A DNA stretch of 63,824 nt, counting the filler, from Octopus bimaculoides (taxonomy: Eukaryota), in NCBI RefSeq assembly GCF_001194135.2. It is 6 parts of 6 records of this genome, joined end to end, with 100 filler letters (N's around TTAATTAATTAA, not from the genome) between each part and the next. Parts side by side here need not be neighbours in the genome. Positions count along the whole stretch, not along the records: positions 15,836 to 29,630 come from NC_068984.1; positions 29,731 to 39,927 come from NC_068994.1; 4 more parts are not named here. The stretch is one strand, 5' to 3'. A program made the translations under genes and the position numbers. Numbering within the stretch: position 1 is the first letter of the stretch; every line of letters starts with the position of its first letter. A model generated the notes under the pieces. That model was not told the DNA's origin, did no database searches, and saw only the letters and a program-made list of their open reading frames with translations. Below, one piece after another: positions 24,626-36,089 of the stretch.

Positions 24626-24728
24626 TAGTGGTTCCCAACCTGGTGTCCGCGGGACCCTCGTGGTCCGCGAATATCGCATCGGGGGTGCATGAACTAAATC
24701 CAGTATTTCAAAAGTTTAGTAACCACTC
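24626..24728. mobile_element. 103-bp hAT-type MITE
   Basis: Ends TAGTGGTTCCCAACC and AGTTTAGTAACCACTC (degenerate TIR); 8-bp flanks GCTAAAAC and GCTTCAAC match at 6/8. Confidence 0.6.
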
Positions 24729-26076
24729 GCTTCAACTATCATTAAATAGCTGAGAGGTCACTATAAAAAAACATACACTAGCGAGATACTCACAGTAATA
24801 GAGAAAACAAGACACAGTATTATCTTAAAGGTTTTTCTAAACATAATCAACAATGTACACATAAAATCACTGAATAAATTTTATGGCTCTAATTGTTCGC
24901 GTACAATGAATAACTGAATATTTACTCCTTTATCAGCAGTAGCGTTTGAATATTTGTTTTTCTTTTTTATCATTCAACGCAGCCTCCCCATCAGCTACCA
25001 CTGCCACCACTGCTACCAGTAGACATTTATTGACATTACCACTTCCGCCTTCACGTTCTTCCATAGGTGCAAATGCAATGTAAATCAACACGCATAAAAC
25101 TTGCCTATCTACATTTCCTTCATCTATCAGTCTATCAACATAAGTATCTTAAAAGTTTGCTAGCTGTGATAATCTTTTTAATTGTTAAATTTTAATTTTA
25201 ACCTCTAAGTTTTAATTTTAGATATAAGTTAGGCATCTATTTCTAGCATTTTAGCTCTCCTTACTGATCACTGAATTAAATATAAATATTATTTATGACC
25301 ACGTTTAACCTACAATTCATCTATTTAATTACACTTTAATAGCCATAAATGCTTTCCTCCTCCAGTTTACCAAAAATGGTAACCCCTGATGTCCCACCCC
25401 GAATCTACCCTAACGCAGAACAATACAAGCCACTTTCCTCTTATCTATATTTCAATTTAAAAAATTGTTTTGTTTACTTTCGCTCACTTTCTTTNNNNNN
25501 NNNNNNNNNNNNNNNNNNNNNNNNNNNNNNNNNNNNNNNNNNNNNNNNNNNNNNNNNNNNNNNNNNNNNNNNNNNNNNNNNNNNNNNNNNNNNNNNNNNN
25601 NNNNNNNNNNNNNNNNNNNNNNNNNNNNNNNNNNNNNNNNNNNNNNNNNNNNNNNNNNNNNNNNNNNNNNNNNNNNNNNNNNNNNNNNNNNNNNNNNNNN
25701 NNNNNNNNNNNNNNNNNNNNNNNNNNNNNNNNNNNNNNNNNNNNNNNNNNNNNNNNNNNNNNNNNNNNNNNNNNNNNNNNNNNNNNNNNNNNNNNNNNNN
25801 NNNNNNNNNNNNNNNNNNNNNNNNNNNNNNNNNNNNNNNNNNNNNNNNNNNNNNNNNNNNNNNNNNNNNNNNNNNNNNNNNNNNNNNNNNNNNNNNNNNN
25901 NNNNNNNNNNNNNNNNNNNNNNNNNNNNNNNNNNNNNNNNNNNNNNNNNNNNNNNNNNNNNNNNNNNNNNNNNNNNNNNNNNNNNNNNNNNNNNNNNNNN
26001 NNNNNNNNNNNNNNNNNNNNNNNNNNNNNNNNNNNNNNNNNNNNNNNNNNNNNNNNNNNNNNNNNNNNNNNNNNNN

Positions 26077-26124
<48 letters not shown>

Positions 26125-26139
26125 GAGAGAGATAGATAT

Positions 26140-26174
<35 letters not shown>

Positions 26175-26669
26175 CATACATACATACATACATACATACG
26201 TACATAGATACATACATACATACATACAGACATACATGCATGCATAATAAAACAATATATCTGTATTATAAACGTTTACCGGAAATTTTAAAATCTAAAT
26301 AATTTTAAAGTCTATTAAATTAAAACTAAAATACGTAAATTATATAATGTATATCAATGAACCTAAAATACTATAAGCTAATATATTTACATCAAACAAA
26401 TTAATTAAAATATTTATAAAATTTATTTTATAAAAATCATAATATTATTTAAATATTAATATATAATATTCACTAAAAATAATTCCGTACTAATTAATAC
26501 ACACCTAAAAATTACAAATTATGAATACTACAATTGGTAAAATTGAAGTNNNNNNNNNNNNNNNNNNNNNNNNNNNNNNNNNNNNNNNNNNNNNNNNNNN
26601 NNNNNNNNNNNNNNNNNNNNNNNNNNNNNNNNNNNNNNNNNNNNNNNNNTATATATATATATATCTATA

Positions 26670-27782
26670 CACAGTCTCAAAATCTCAAAATTAGAAGAAA
26701 GTAGTGATATTCTCTTACCTATATTATATGTTAACGATTTCTTAATTGAGACTTTCGAAAAACAAACACCTTATTACAATGAAGCCCTTCATGAGGCAGG
26801 ATATACAAATAATATTCAATTCTTTAATAATTTGAAATATAATTATAATATCAAAGATTATAATATTAATGATCCATTTATTTTTTATGATAAGCATAAC
26901 ATTAAGAATTATGATAAGGTCTACTTAGGTAATAATGGTAGGAATAATAAGTATTATGATAATAAAAAAAAGAAACATAATTGTAATGGACAAAATAATA
27001 GGATTGAATTTAATTCATTTAACGATTTAATAATAGGATTAAATATAATTCATTTAATAGGATTACATTTAATTCATTTAAAAATTTAATAATATAAATA
27101 ATAAATATAATAGTATCAATACTAAACTTTGGATAATCATCCCTTACGGCGTTCAAGTTAAAACTAACATTATTAAAGAGATTTGAAATATAATTGATAT
27201 ATTCCTTAGAGGTAAGAAAAAATATAATATCTTTTCCAGTAATAGTTTGGGAGTAGGTTATTCCACTACTAACAATATTGGTAATATTATGTCTTCTTTT
27301 AAAAGATATAAGTTGAATAAGATTTACAACTATAAATTTAATACTTATTCTAATAATAATAATAATAATAATAATAAGGACCAGCTTACAATTAATTGTA
27401 CATTTAGGTATATGACCAAATGTAAATTTAATAATAAATGTGATTTGAAGGATGTGGTGTATAAATATATAGTAACTTTAATGGACAGGGATAAATTTAA
27501 TGGTTATAGTTTAAATAAGATTTACATAGGATCGGCTTCGAATAAAATTAAATTACGTGTGGTTCAACACAGGAGTTCCTTTAAAAATAGAAATTTGATT
27601 AATTCTAGTGGCCTTAGTAAATATATTTGGGAGCTGAAATCTAAAAATATAAAGTACATGTTAAATTGGGAGATAGTTTGTAGGGTGAAATCTTATCGTA
27701 TAAGTAGTAATTTTTTAAAGTTGTGTACTAAAGAATTTAAAGAGATATTATTGAATAATAATAATAATAATAGGGTTAGCTA

Positions 27783-27783
<1 letters not shown>
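26670..27783 (+). mobile_element. Penelope-like element C-terminal region with GIY-YIG endonuclease
   Basis: YYNEALHEAGY, KTNI, VGYSTTNNIG, C..KC..KDVVYK...KIYIG..KLR..QHRSSF..NSSGLSKYIWELK..WEI..LC.KE; ORF 27247-27783. Confidence 0.85.
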
Positions 27784-27820
<37 letters not shown>

Positions 27821-27977
27821 TTCATTTAAAATGCAGAGATGCCTATAATAGGACATCTACTCGCTAGAAATAGCAGCAAAAGACTACATACCACAGAAAT
27901 TAGGGATAATGTAGTATTTTGCTGCTATTTCTAGCGAGTAGATGTCCTATTATAGGCATCTCTGCATTTTAAATGAA
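27821..27977. repeat. Near-perfect palindrome: 69-bp arms, 1 mismatch, 19-nt loop
   Basis: Arms 27821-27889 and 27909-27977 compared base by base. Confidence 0.95.
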
Positions 27978-29630
27978 TAATACATAGTCTATTGACTGTT
28001 TTTTTACTCTCGCTAGACCACTGGTGGTAAATAAAAATTTCTAAAATTTTTTGGCTACCCTATAATTTATTAATAATATNNNNNNNNNNNNNNNNNNNNN
28101 NNNNNNNNNNNNNNNNNNNNNNNNNNNNNNNNNNNNNNNNNNNNNNNNNNNNNNNNNNNNNNNNNNNNNNNNNNNNNNNNNNNNNNNNNNNNNNNNNNNN
28201 NNNNNNNNNNNNNNNNNNNNNNNNNNNNNNNNNNNNNNNNNNNNNNNNNNNNNNNNNNNNNNNNNNNNNNNNNNNNNNNNNNNNNNNNNNNNNNNNNNNN
28301 NNNNNNNNNNNNNNNNNNNNNNNNNNNNNNNNNNNNNNNNNNNNNNNNNNNNNNNNNNNNNNNNNNNNNNNNNNNNNNNNNNNNNNNNNNNNNNNNNNNN
28401 NNNNNNNNNNNNNNNNNNNNNNNNNNNNNNNNNNNNNNNNNNNNNNNNNNNNNNNNNNNNNNNNNNNNNNNNNNNNNNNNNNNNNNNNNNNNNNNNNNNN
28501 NNNNNNNNNNNNNNNNNNNNNNNNNNNNNNNNNNNNNNNNNNNNNNNNNNNNNNNNNNNNNNNNNNNNNNNNNNNNNNNNNNNNNNNNNNNNNNNNNNNN
28601 NNNNNNNNNNNNNNNNNNNNNNNNNNNNNNNNNNNNNNNNNNNNNNNNNNNNNNNNNNNNNNNNNNNNNNNNNNNNNNNNNNNNNNNNNNNNNNNNNNNN
28701 NNNNNNNNNNNNNNNNNNNNNNNNNNNNNNNNNNNNNNNNNNNNNNNNNNNNNNNNNNNNNNNNNNNNNNNNNNNNNNNNNNNNNNNNNNNNNNNNNNNN
28801 NNNNNNNNNNNNNNNNNNNNNNNNNNNNNNNNNNNNNNNNNNNNNNNNNNNNNNNNNNNNNNNNNNNNNNNNNNNNNNNNNNNNNNNNNNNNNNNNNNNN
28901 NNNNNNNNNNNNNNNNNNNNNNNNNNNNNNNNNNNNNNNNNNNNNNNNNNNNNNNNNNNNNNNNNNNNNNNNNNNNNNNNNNNNNNNNNNATATATATAT
29001 ATATATATATATATAAACATAGTATGATAAATTACTAGCTGACTCACTACATTAATCGCATATATATGGAGATATAACAATAAATTCATTCATGTTTGAA
29101 ATAGTTTAAATGAGGAAGATTAACGCAATGAATGCATTTCCTAATATATATTATGCACACCCGAAACGTATGTATTCATTGATTTGAAAATATCACTATC
29201 TGGGTTTACTTACTTTACATATACTACGACCAGTTAAAATAAGTCGGTCTTGACTCCAATTATGCGAATACCCTAACGATTGTTGTTTTAGACTCAAGAC
29301 GAAAATTCCACTACCATGCAATGAAACGCTTCATAGTGCAACATAAAATACACTTTGCTAAAGATTTTCTACTATTTGAAAATAATATGTATTCTTGTTT
29401 TTATACTATTCATTTGGTTCTTTATAGATTATTTTAATAGATAACTCATTTAACATTATATTATTTAGAAGTTATAGTTTCATTTCAACATAATATTAGA
29501 ACTTCGATTGGAATAGTGTTGATATATTTTCGATTATTTTTGATTAATATTATTTGATTAATTATTAATCTTTATAGTATATAATATCGTTAAAGTTTTT
29601 TTAAAATCAAAACTTTGTATATATATATAA

Positions 29631-29730
29631 NNNNNNNNNNNNNNNNNNNNNNNNNNNNNNNNNNNNNNNNNNNNTTAATTAATTAANNNNNNNNNNNNNN
29701 NNNNNNNNNNNNNNNNNNNNNNNNNNNNNN
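29631..29730. other. Artificial scaffold join
   Basis: 44N-TTAATTAATTAA-44N. Confidence 0.95.
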
Positions 29731-29733
29731 ATG

Positions 29734-29938
29734 CAAGGTGTCCATAAATTACCTTTAAAATTGGGCTTTTAAATTTCATTAAAAGACAAACGAAAGTGAT
29801 TTAAATATTAAAGCAAAGTACATAAATTAAAACTTTAATAATATCTATTTATTATGCAAGGGAGATAAATTGATGGCTCTCAAATTTAATAGATGCAATA
29901 AACTGTGGAAGCTGTAGAGATAATTTATGAACACCCTA
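29734..29938. mobile_element. Tc1/mariner-type MITE
   Basis: TIRs CAAGGTGTCCATAAATT and AATTTATGAACACCCTA; TA on the right flank, TG on the left. Confidence 0.65.
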
Positions 29939-30199
29939 TATATATGATACGCCGTGTCATCAATATATATTTAATACTTATATGTATTTGCTTATATACT
30001 TATTCCACTATTAATTATTCTACTTGATATATTCCACTACATTCCTCTATGCCTTTATACTTATTATACTGTGCGTATGTATTTCTTGCTGTAAGTAGAA
30101 CACAAAAGAGAAATAATTTGAAATTACAGATGAAAATCCAGAAGGTCAAAATCTGTTGATGCCTCCTCATGTCTATAAAAGAAATAGTCTTTTCTACTC

Positions 30200-30386
30200 T
30201 AAGGCATAAGGCCCAAAATTTTGGGGGAGGGAGCTAGTAGATTAGATCGACTCCAGTACGCAACTGGTACTTAATTGATCGACTCTGAAAGGATGAAAGG
30301 CAAAGTTAACCTCAGAACGTAAAGACAGACGAAATACCGCTAAGCATTTTGCCCGGCGTGCTAGCGTTTCTGGCAGCTCGCCGCCT
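30200..30386 (-). mobile_element. SINE family A
   Basis: Reverse complement of the family A head and body. Confidence 0.85.
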
Positions 30387-30473
30387 ATACAAGAAATATT
30401 GTACTTTAGAAGCATCTGCAGTGAATGTGAATAATAATATTATTGTGTACATCTAGATAAGGTAGTATTGTTC

Positions 30474-30662
30474 ACACGCCGGAAAAAATGCTTTGCGGCA
30501 TTTCGTCCGTCTTTATGCTTTGAGTTCAAATTCCGCCGATGTTGACTTTGCTTTTCATCCTTTCGGGGTTGATAGAATAAGTACCAGTTAAGCACTGAGG
30601 TAGATGTAATCGACTTACCTTATCTCCCGAAATTACTGGCCTTGTGCCAAAATTTGAAACCA
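30474..30662 (+). mobile_element. SINE family A
   Basis: GAGTTCAAATTCCGCC B-box; tail GGCCTTGTGCCAAAATTTGAAACC. Confidence 0.85.
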
Positions 30663-31099
30663 TTATGTACATCTTTCGCTTTTGCAAGGAATATGTCAAA
30701 TATGTTGTAATGTCATAGCTTTTGCATAAAGTAAATCAGCTATCTTTTGAAAACCTTTAGAAAATGTATGTAATTTGTTTGTAAAAACATGTAGCTTTGT
30801 GTAAATATGCATATAGTTTGGTAGTATACAAGTACAACATTTGTGAAATTAGGTATTGCGTTTATTGTAGGAAATAACATAATACAGAATAACGAGTGAA
30901 TGATTGATTACAACATATTGTACATATTAAAAGTAATCAAACTTGTATAATATTTAGGATGTAATAAATGTAATTTTCCATTTTCCTGTTATTTTGATAA
31001 TTGTATTTACACCCTCGTAAACTTTCATTAGCAACTTTCGTTATGTATATTTTTCAACAATACCTCTAACTGAAAAAAAAAATCGAATATTTATATATT

Positions 31100-31425
31100 C
31101 AGGCGCAAGCATGGCTGTGTGGTAAGTAGTTTGCTTCCGAACCACATGTTTCCGAGGTCAGTCCCACTGCGTGGAACCTTGGGCAAGTGTCTTGTACTAT
31201 AGTATAGCCTCGGGCCAACCAAAGCCTTGTGAATGGATCTGGTAGACGGAAACTGAAAGAAGCCCTTCGTATGTGTGTGTGTGTGCGTATTTGTGTCTGT
31301 TTTTGTCCTTCCATTACTGCTTGATAACCGGTATTGGTGTACTTACGTCCTCGTAACCTAACGGTTCAGCAAAAGAGAACGATAGAATAAGTACTAGACT
31401 TTAAAAAAAGATGTCCTGAAGTCAT
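31100..31425 (+). mobile_element. SINE family B, near full length
   Basis: Head, CCTTGGGCAAGTGTCTT body, internal (GT)n and GATAGAATAAGTAC module. Confidence 0.88.
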
Positions 31426-31522
31426 GTCTGCCTCGACCCACAAAAAAGTACATATTGACTACAACAGACCTAAAAGTAGTGCCGTCCCCATTAAAGTGCC
31501 GCCCGGAGCGGACCGCCCCTTC

Positions 31523-31598
31523 CGCCTCCCCCTCTAGCTCGCCTCCCCCTCTAGCTCGCCTCCCCCTCTAGCTCGCCTCCCCCTCTAGTGCTCGCCTC
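31523..31598. repeat. Four-copy 17-bp tandem repeat CGCCTCCCCCTCTAGCT
   Basis: Direct reading. Confidence 0.9.
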
Positions 31599-32902
31599 AA
31601 AACAGTCCATAACTGAACCATTAAAAACTATTTGTTGCTACAAAATACTCATAAGGTCCGTTCTTACTAGCACTCCTGAAAAGAATGGCTTCTTTTATTA
31701 TTGGCAATAACTTCCTACTATTTGTTNNNNNNNNNNNNNNNNNNNNNNNNNNNNNNNNNNNNNNNNNNNNNNNNNNNNNNNNNNNNNNNNNNNNNNNNNN
31801 NNNNNNNNNNNNNNNNNNNNNNNNNNNNNNNNNNNNNNNNNNNNNNNNNNNNNNNNNNNNNNNNNNNNNNNNNNNNNNNNNNNNNNNNNNNNNNNNNNNN
31901 NNNNNNNNNNNNNNNNNNNNNNNNNNNNNNNNNNNNNNNNNNNNNNNNNNNNNNNNNNNNNNNNNNNNNNNNNNNNNNNNNNNNNNNNNNNNNNNNNNNN
32001 NNNNNNNNNNNNNNNNNNNNNNNNNNNNNNNNNNNNNNNNNNNNNNNNNNNNNNNNNNNNNNNNNNNNNNNNNNNNNNNNNNNNNNNNNNNNNNNNNNNN
32101 NNNNNNNNNNNNNNNNNNNNNNNNNNNNNNNNNNNNNNNNNNNNNNNNNNNNNNNNNNNNNNNNNNNNNNNNNNNNNNNNNNNNNNNNNNNNNNNNNNNN
32201 NNNNNNNNNNNNNNNNNNNNNNNNNNNNNNNNNNNNNNNNNNNNNNNNNNNNNNNNNNNNNNNNNNNNNNNNNNNNNNNNNNNNNNNNNNNNNNNNNNNN
32301 NNNNNNNNNNNNNNNNNTGATATGTTGTTTAATATAAATTATTTATTAATTTCAAAAAATATTAATTTTAATACTTGCACATTGGTGGATGCACCGAATG
32401 AGACTTTTTATGTATTGATTTAAACCAGTAACAGAAAAATAAGTGTAGTGACGTGTAATATGTTAAAATATATTTCATATTTCTGAATTTTAATGGAAAA
32501 GAAAAAACGGCTCATTTAATATGAAAAGATATTTTATTCTTTATGTGATGTGCTTCGAGAGTCATTATTTCAAAAAAAAAAAAAAGAATTATTTCACGTT
32601 CTCTCAAATGATGTCAAAAACATGCAATTCTCGGTCGTAAGAATAAGATTTCTAAAATGGATAGATAAATTCGAAGGATTGCTTTGATTCAATGACAGAA
32701 CGCCTGTAATGTCTGCAGGAGATGTATGTTCGAGTCCTACGATCAACCTTCTGATTTTTCTATCTAAAAAGAGTTTTTCAACCCAATATGCCATTATTTG
32801 CAACTTTATGTGATGTGCCATGAGAGCCAATATTTCAAACAAAACAAATTATTTCTTGCTCGCTCGGAAATTCATATTTTCTTCCATACACACACTTGTA
32901 TA

Positions 32903-33075
32903 TATCTTGTACTTGTTTCAGTCATTAGACTGCGGCCACGCTCGGGCACCATCTCGAAGAATTTTTAGTCGTATCGACTTACTTTTATAAGCCTGGTACT
33001 TATTCTATCGACCTCTTTTGCCGAACCGCTACGTTACGGGGACGTAAACACACCAGCACAAGCGGTGGTGGTGGT
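32903..33075 (-). mobile_element. SINE family B, 3' half
   Basis: TACTTGTTTCAGTCATTAGACTGCGGCC...GCCGAACCGCT..GTTACGGGGACGTAAACACACCAGCA. Confidence 0.85.
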
Positions 33076-33102
33076 GGGAGGAACGAATGACTGAAACTAG
33101 TA

Positions 33103-33175
<73 letters not shown>

Positions 33176-33206
33176 AAAACAGACGACAGACAGAAAGGCA
33201 GACGAC

Positions 33207-33259
<53 letters not shown>

Positions 33260-33559
33260 NNNNNNNNNNNNNNNNNNNNNNNNNNNNNNNNNNNNNNNNN
33301 NNNNNNNNNNNNNNNNNNNNNNNNNNNNNNNNNNNNNNNNNNNNNNNNNNNNNNNNNNNNNNNNNNNNNNNNNNNNNNNNNNNNNNNNNNNNNNNNNNNN
33401 NNNNNNNNNNNNNNNNNNNNNNNNNNNNNNNNNNNNNNNNNNNNNNNNNNNNNNNNNNNNNNNNNNNNNNNNNNNNNNNNNNNNNNNNNNNNNNNNNNNN
33501 NNNNNNNNNNNNNNNNNNNNNNNNNNNNNNNNNNNNNNNNNNNNNNNNNNNNNNTAGTA

Positions 33560-33616
<57 letters not shown>

Positions 33617-33647
33617 AAAACAGACGACAGACAGAAAGGCAGACGAC

Positions 33648-33713
<66 letters not shown>

Positions 33714-33895
33714 ACGTTGTTTATAACAAAATAGTGAAACGGACTCAATACATCTGGTATAACTGTATTTGTTCGGTTGATGCCCTTTCCCATTAGTTTA
33801 AGTTACCTGAATTCTCGATCCTTCTGATGAACAGACTAAACAATAAGGACAAAATGCATTAATTCAAGGAGTCATCGGATCATTAGTTGATATAG

Positions 33896-34137
33896 ATTAC
33901 GTGAGTCATAGGTAAAGGACGAAAATTCATACTGAAAAACAACATATTTTTCTTCAGGTGAAACAATTATATTTGACTTGACAGTAAAACTATAAAGGTT
34001 GGCGTTGTAACTCGGCAAGTTACGAGCAGTGTGGCTAGCTACACGCCAGAAATCGACAGAGAACAGATCCCTGATTTTGTGTAACTCCCAACGCTTTATG
34101 TAATTAGTCTTTGTAATGCCTCTTTCACCCGACACCC
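33896..34137 (-). CDS. Candidate host coding exon of unknown product
   Basis: Strong acceptor TTTTTTTTATTTGTCACAG|G at 34138/34137; one frame open for about 80 non-repetitive codons; only a weak donor (CAC|GTAATC near 33901/33900). Confidence 0.25.
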
Positions 34138-34199
34138 CTGTGACAAATAAAAAAAATATTATTATCCTGGAGATTCACAGAAGCGCCGAAAAAATTGTT

Positions 34200-34363
34200 T
34201 TATGGTATATCTTCTTCCGGTTCTTAACGTTCCGAGTTCAAATCTCATTGTAGGGCCAATAAAATAAATATCAGTTCAACCCTGCGGGCAATATAACCAA
34301 CTTTTCCTACCTCACAAAATTGCAAGCCATGGGCCGATAGTAGAAAGGATTATTATTATTATT
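34200..34363 (+). mobile_element. Degenerate SINE family A with (ATT)5 tail
   Basis: CGTTCCGAGTTCAAAT B-box; TAGTAGAAAGGATTATT end. Confidence 0.65.
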
Positions 34364-34734
34364 TCATATACGCACAACAGATTAAACAGTCAGAAAAGAA
34401 AAATCCCTAACATCGGGCTACAACTGGTAACCTTAGATGCTAAGAACCCTCATAAGTATCCTAGCTGTCCCTAATAACACTGTTTTCAGGAGCTGTACTA
34501 AACTAGGTTTTATGACTATTTCCTCTATCCATCTGTTCAAATATTTAAGGATAGTTCGTAATGCACCTACAACTACAGGGATACATTTTACTTGCACTTT
34601 CCACAATCTCTGTAACTCTATGGCTAGGTCCTGATACTTTGCTATTTTCTCTATACCTCTCATATTGACTCTCTCATCATTTGGGACTGTAAAGTCAATT
34701 ATCTGGCACGTTCTATTCTCTTTGTCTACTACTA

Positions 34735-34818
<84 letters not shown>

Positions 34819-35410
34819 AATCAGGCCTTCTAGCTTCTATTACTCTGTTAGTCTGAATGTTAAAGTCCCACAACATCTTATATTTCTTACTGTCTAGTAC
34901 TTTACTAGGTTCATGTTAATACCATCTATCAATATGTTCAAATCCTAGCTTTCTACATAAATCCCATTGAATTACTTTCTCTAGATTGTCATGTCGTTTC
35001 TTGTATTCTTTCTATGCTATATTCATTTACTGTATGAGTAATACTTTCCATTTTTGATTTACATAACCTACATTGGGAATCTACATTGGTTTTGTCTATC
35101 GTGGCTTTTATCCAATTAGTCCTCAATGCTTTATCTTGTGCTGCTACGAAGTAACTTTTTGTCTCCCTTTCTGCAACCATAACCAGGTCTCACTATTACT
35201 ACTTTCTGCACCTATTTTTGGAAATCTACCATGCAAAGCCTCCTCTTGCCAGTCAGATAATGTTTCTTCAATGTTTCTGGTTTTTAACATCATTTGAGTA
35301 TTTGGTTTCCCTATGTCCTACTGTGACTCTAGAAGTCCTTAAACTTTCTTCACTATTACTAACATTGAGGCTATATCTACTCCAACTAATTCCACGCAGT
35401 CTTCTACTGA
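34364..35410 (-). mobile_element. R4/Dong-like LINE 3' fragment (zinc knuckle, REL endonuclease, 3' UTR)
   Basis: AAQDKALRTN, CRLC..ESITH, LWDFNIQTNRVIEARRPDL, IIDF, EKIAKYQDL, IPVVVGAL, VLLGTARIL. Confidence 0.92.
34726..34817. repeat. (CTA)n(CTG)n(CTA)n microsatellite inside the LINE ORF
   Basis: Direct reading; translates in frame as poly-Val/Ala. Confidence 0.95.
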
Positions 35411-35474
<64 letters not shown>

Positions 35475-35476
35475 AA

Positions 35477-35610
35477 AGCGGTGAGCTGACAGAATCGTTA
35501 GCAAGCCGGGCAAAATGCCTAGCGGTATTTCGTCCGGCTTTACGTTCTGAGTTCAAATTCCGCCGCGGTCGACTTTGCCTTTCATCCTTTCTATAGTAGA
35601 AAGAATTATT
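35477..35610 (+). mobile_element. SINE family A, internally deleted
   Basis: Head and body to TCATCCTTTC joined directly to TATAGTAGAAAG. Confidence 0.85.
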
Positions 35611-35678
35611 ATTATTATTGTTATTGTTGTCGTTGTTGTTGTTGACGACGACGATGATGTTGTTACTCTCATTATTAA

Positions 35679-35895
35679 GGCGGCCTGATGGCAGAGTCGT
35701 TAGCACGCCAGATAAAATACTTAGCAGCATTTCTTCCAGCATTGTGTCCTGAGCTCAAATTGCACCGAGGTCGATTTTTGCCTTTCATTCTTTCGGGGGT
35801 CGATAAAATAAGTACCGGTTGAACACTGGGGTCGATTTAACCGATTACTCCCTCCCTCAAAATTCCAGACCTTTTGCCTATAGTAGAAAGAATTA
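35679..35895 (+). mobile_element. SINE family A, full length
   Basis: Head, B-box, GATAAAATAAGTAC..CTGGGGTCGAT module, TATAGTAGAAAG and (ATT)n. Confidence 0.88.
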
Positions 35896-35913
35896 TCATT
35901 ATTATTATTATTA

Positions 35914-35966
<53 letters not shown>

Positions 35967-36016
35967 ATATTTAAAAAAAAGGATTGACGTAACTCTTCAC
36001 GAAGGTAAATAGTCAA

Positions 36017-36089
36017 AACGAAGAGTGCGATTTTAGATGTTTTATTTTTTGAACAACATTTCGACAGAACGTCTGTCTTTCTCAAGTTC
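36017..36089 (-). ncRNA. Hammerhead-like ribozyme variant (U3/A8) in a PLE-terminus-like repeat
   Basis: GAAC UUGAGAA A GACAGA cgu UCUGUC GAAA UGUU GUUC (36089-36051): stems I and II pair; core has a compensatory U3-A8. Confidence 0.55.

Noticed and set aside
29100-29180. ATGAGGA...CCGAAACGTA hammerhead-like motif
   Set aside because: C3 is missing and no stem I pairing could be drawn; at best a decayed relic
31523-31598. CRISPR-like array
   Set aside because: Contiguous tandem units without spacers, eukaryotic context, no cas genes
33823-33850. CTGATGA motif (also at about 42285) as hammerhead or snoRNA box
   Set aside because: No stem II followed by GAAA-NUH and no terminal stem
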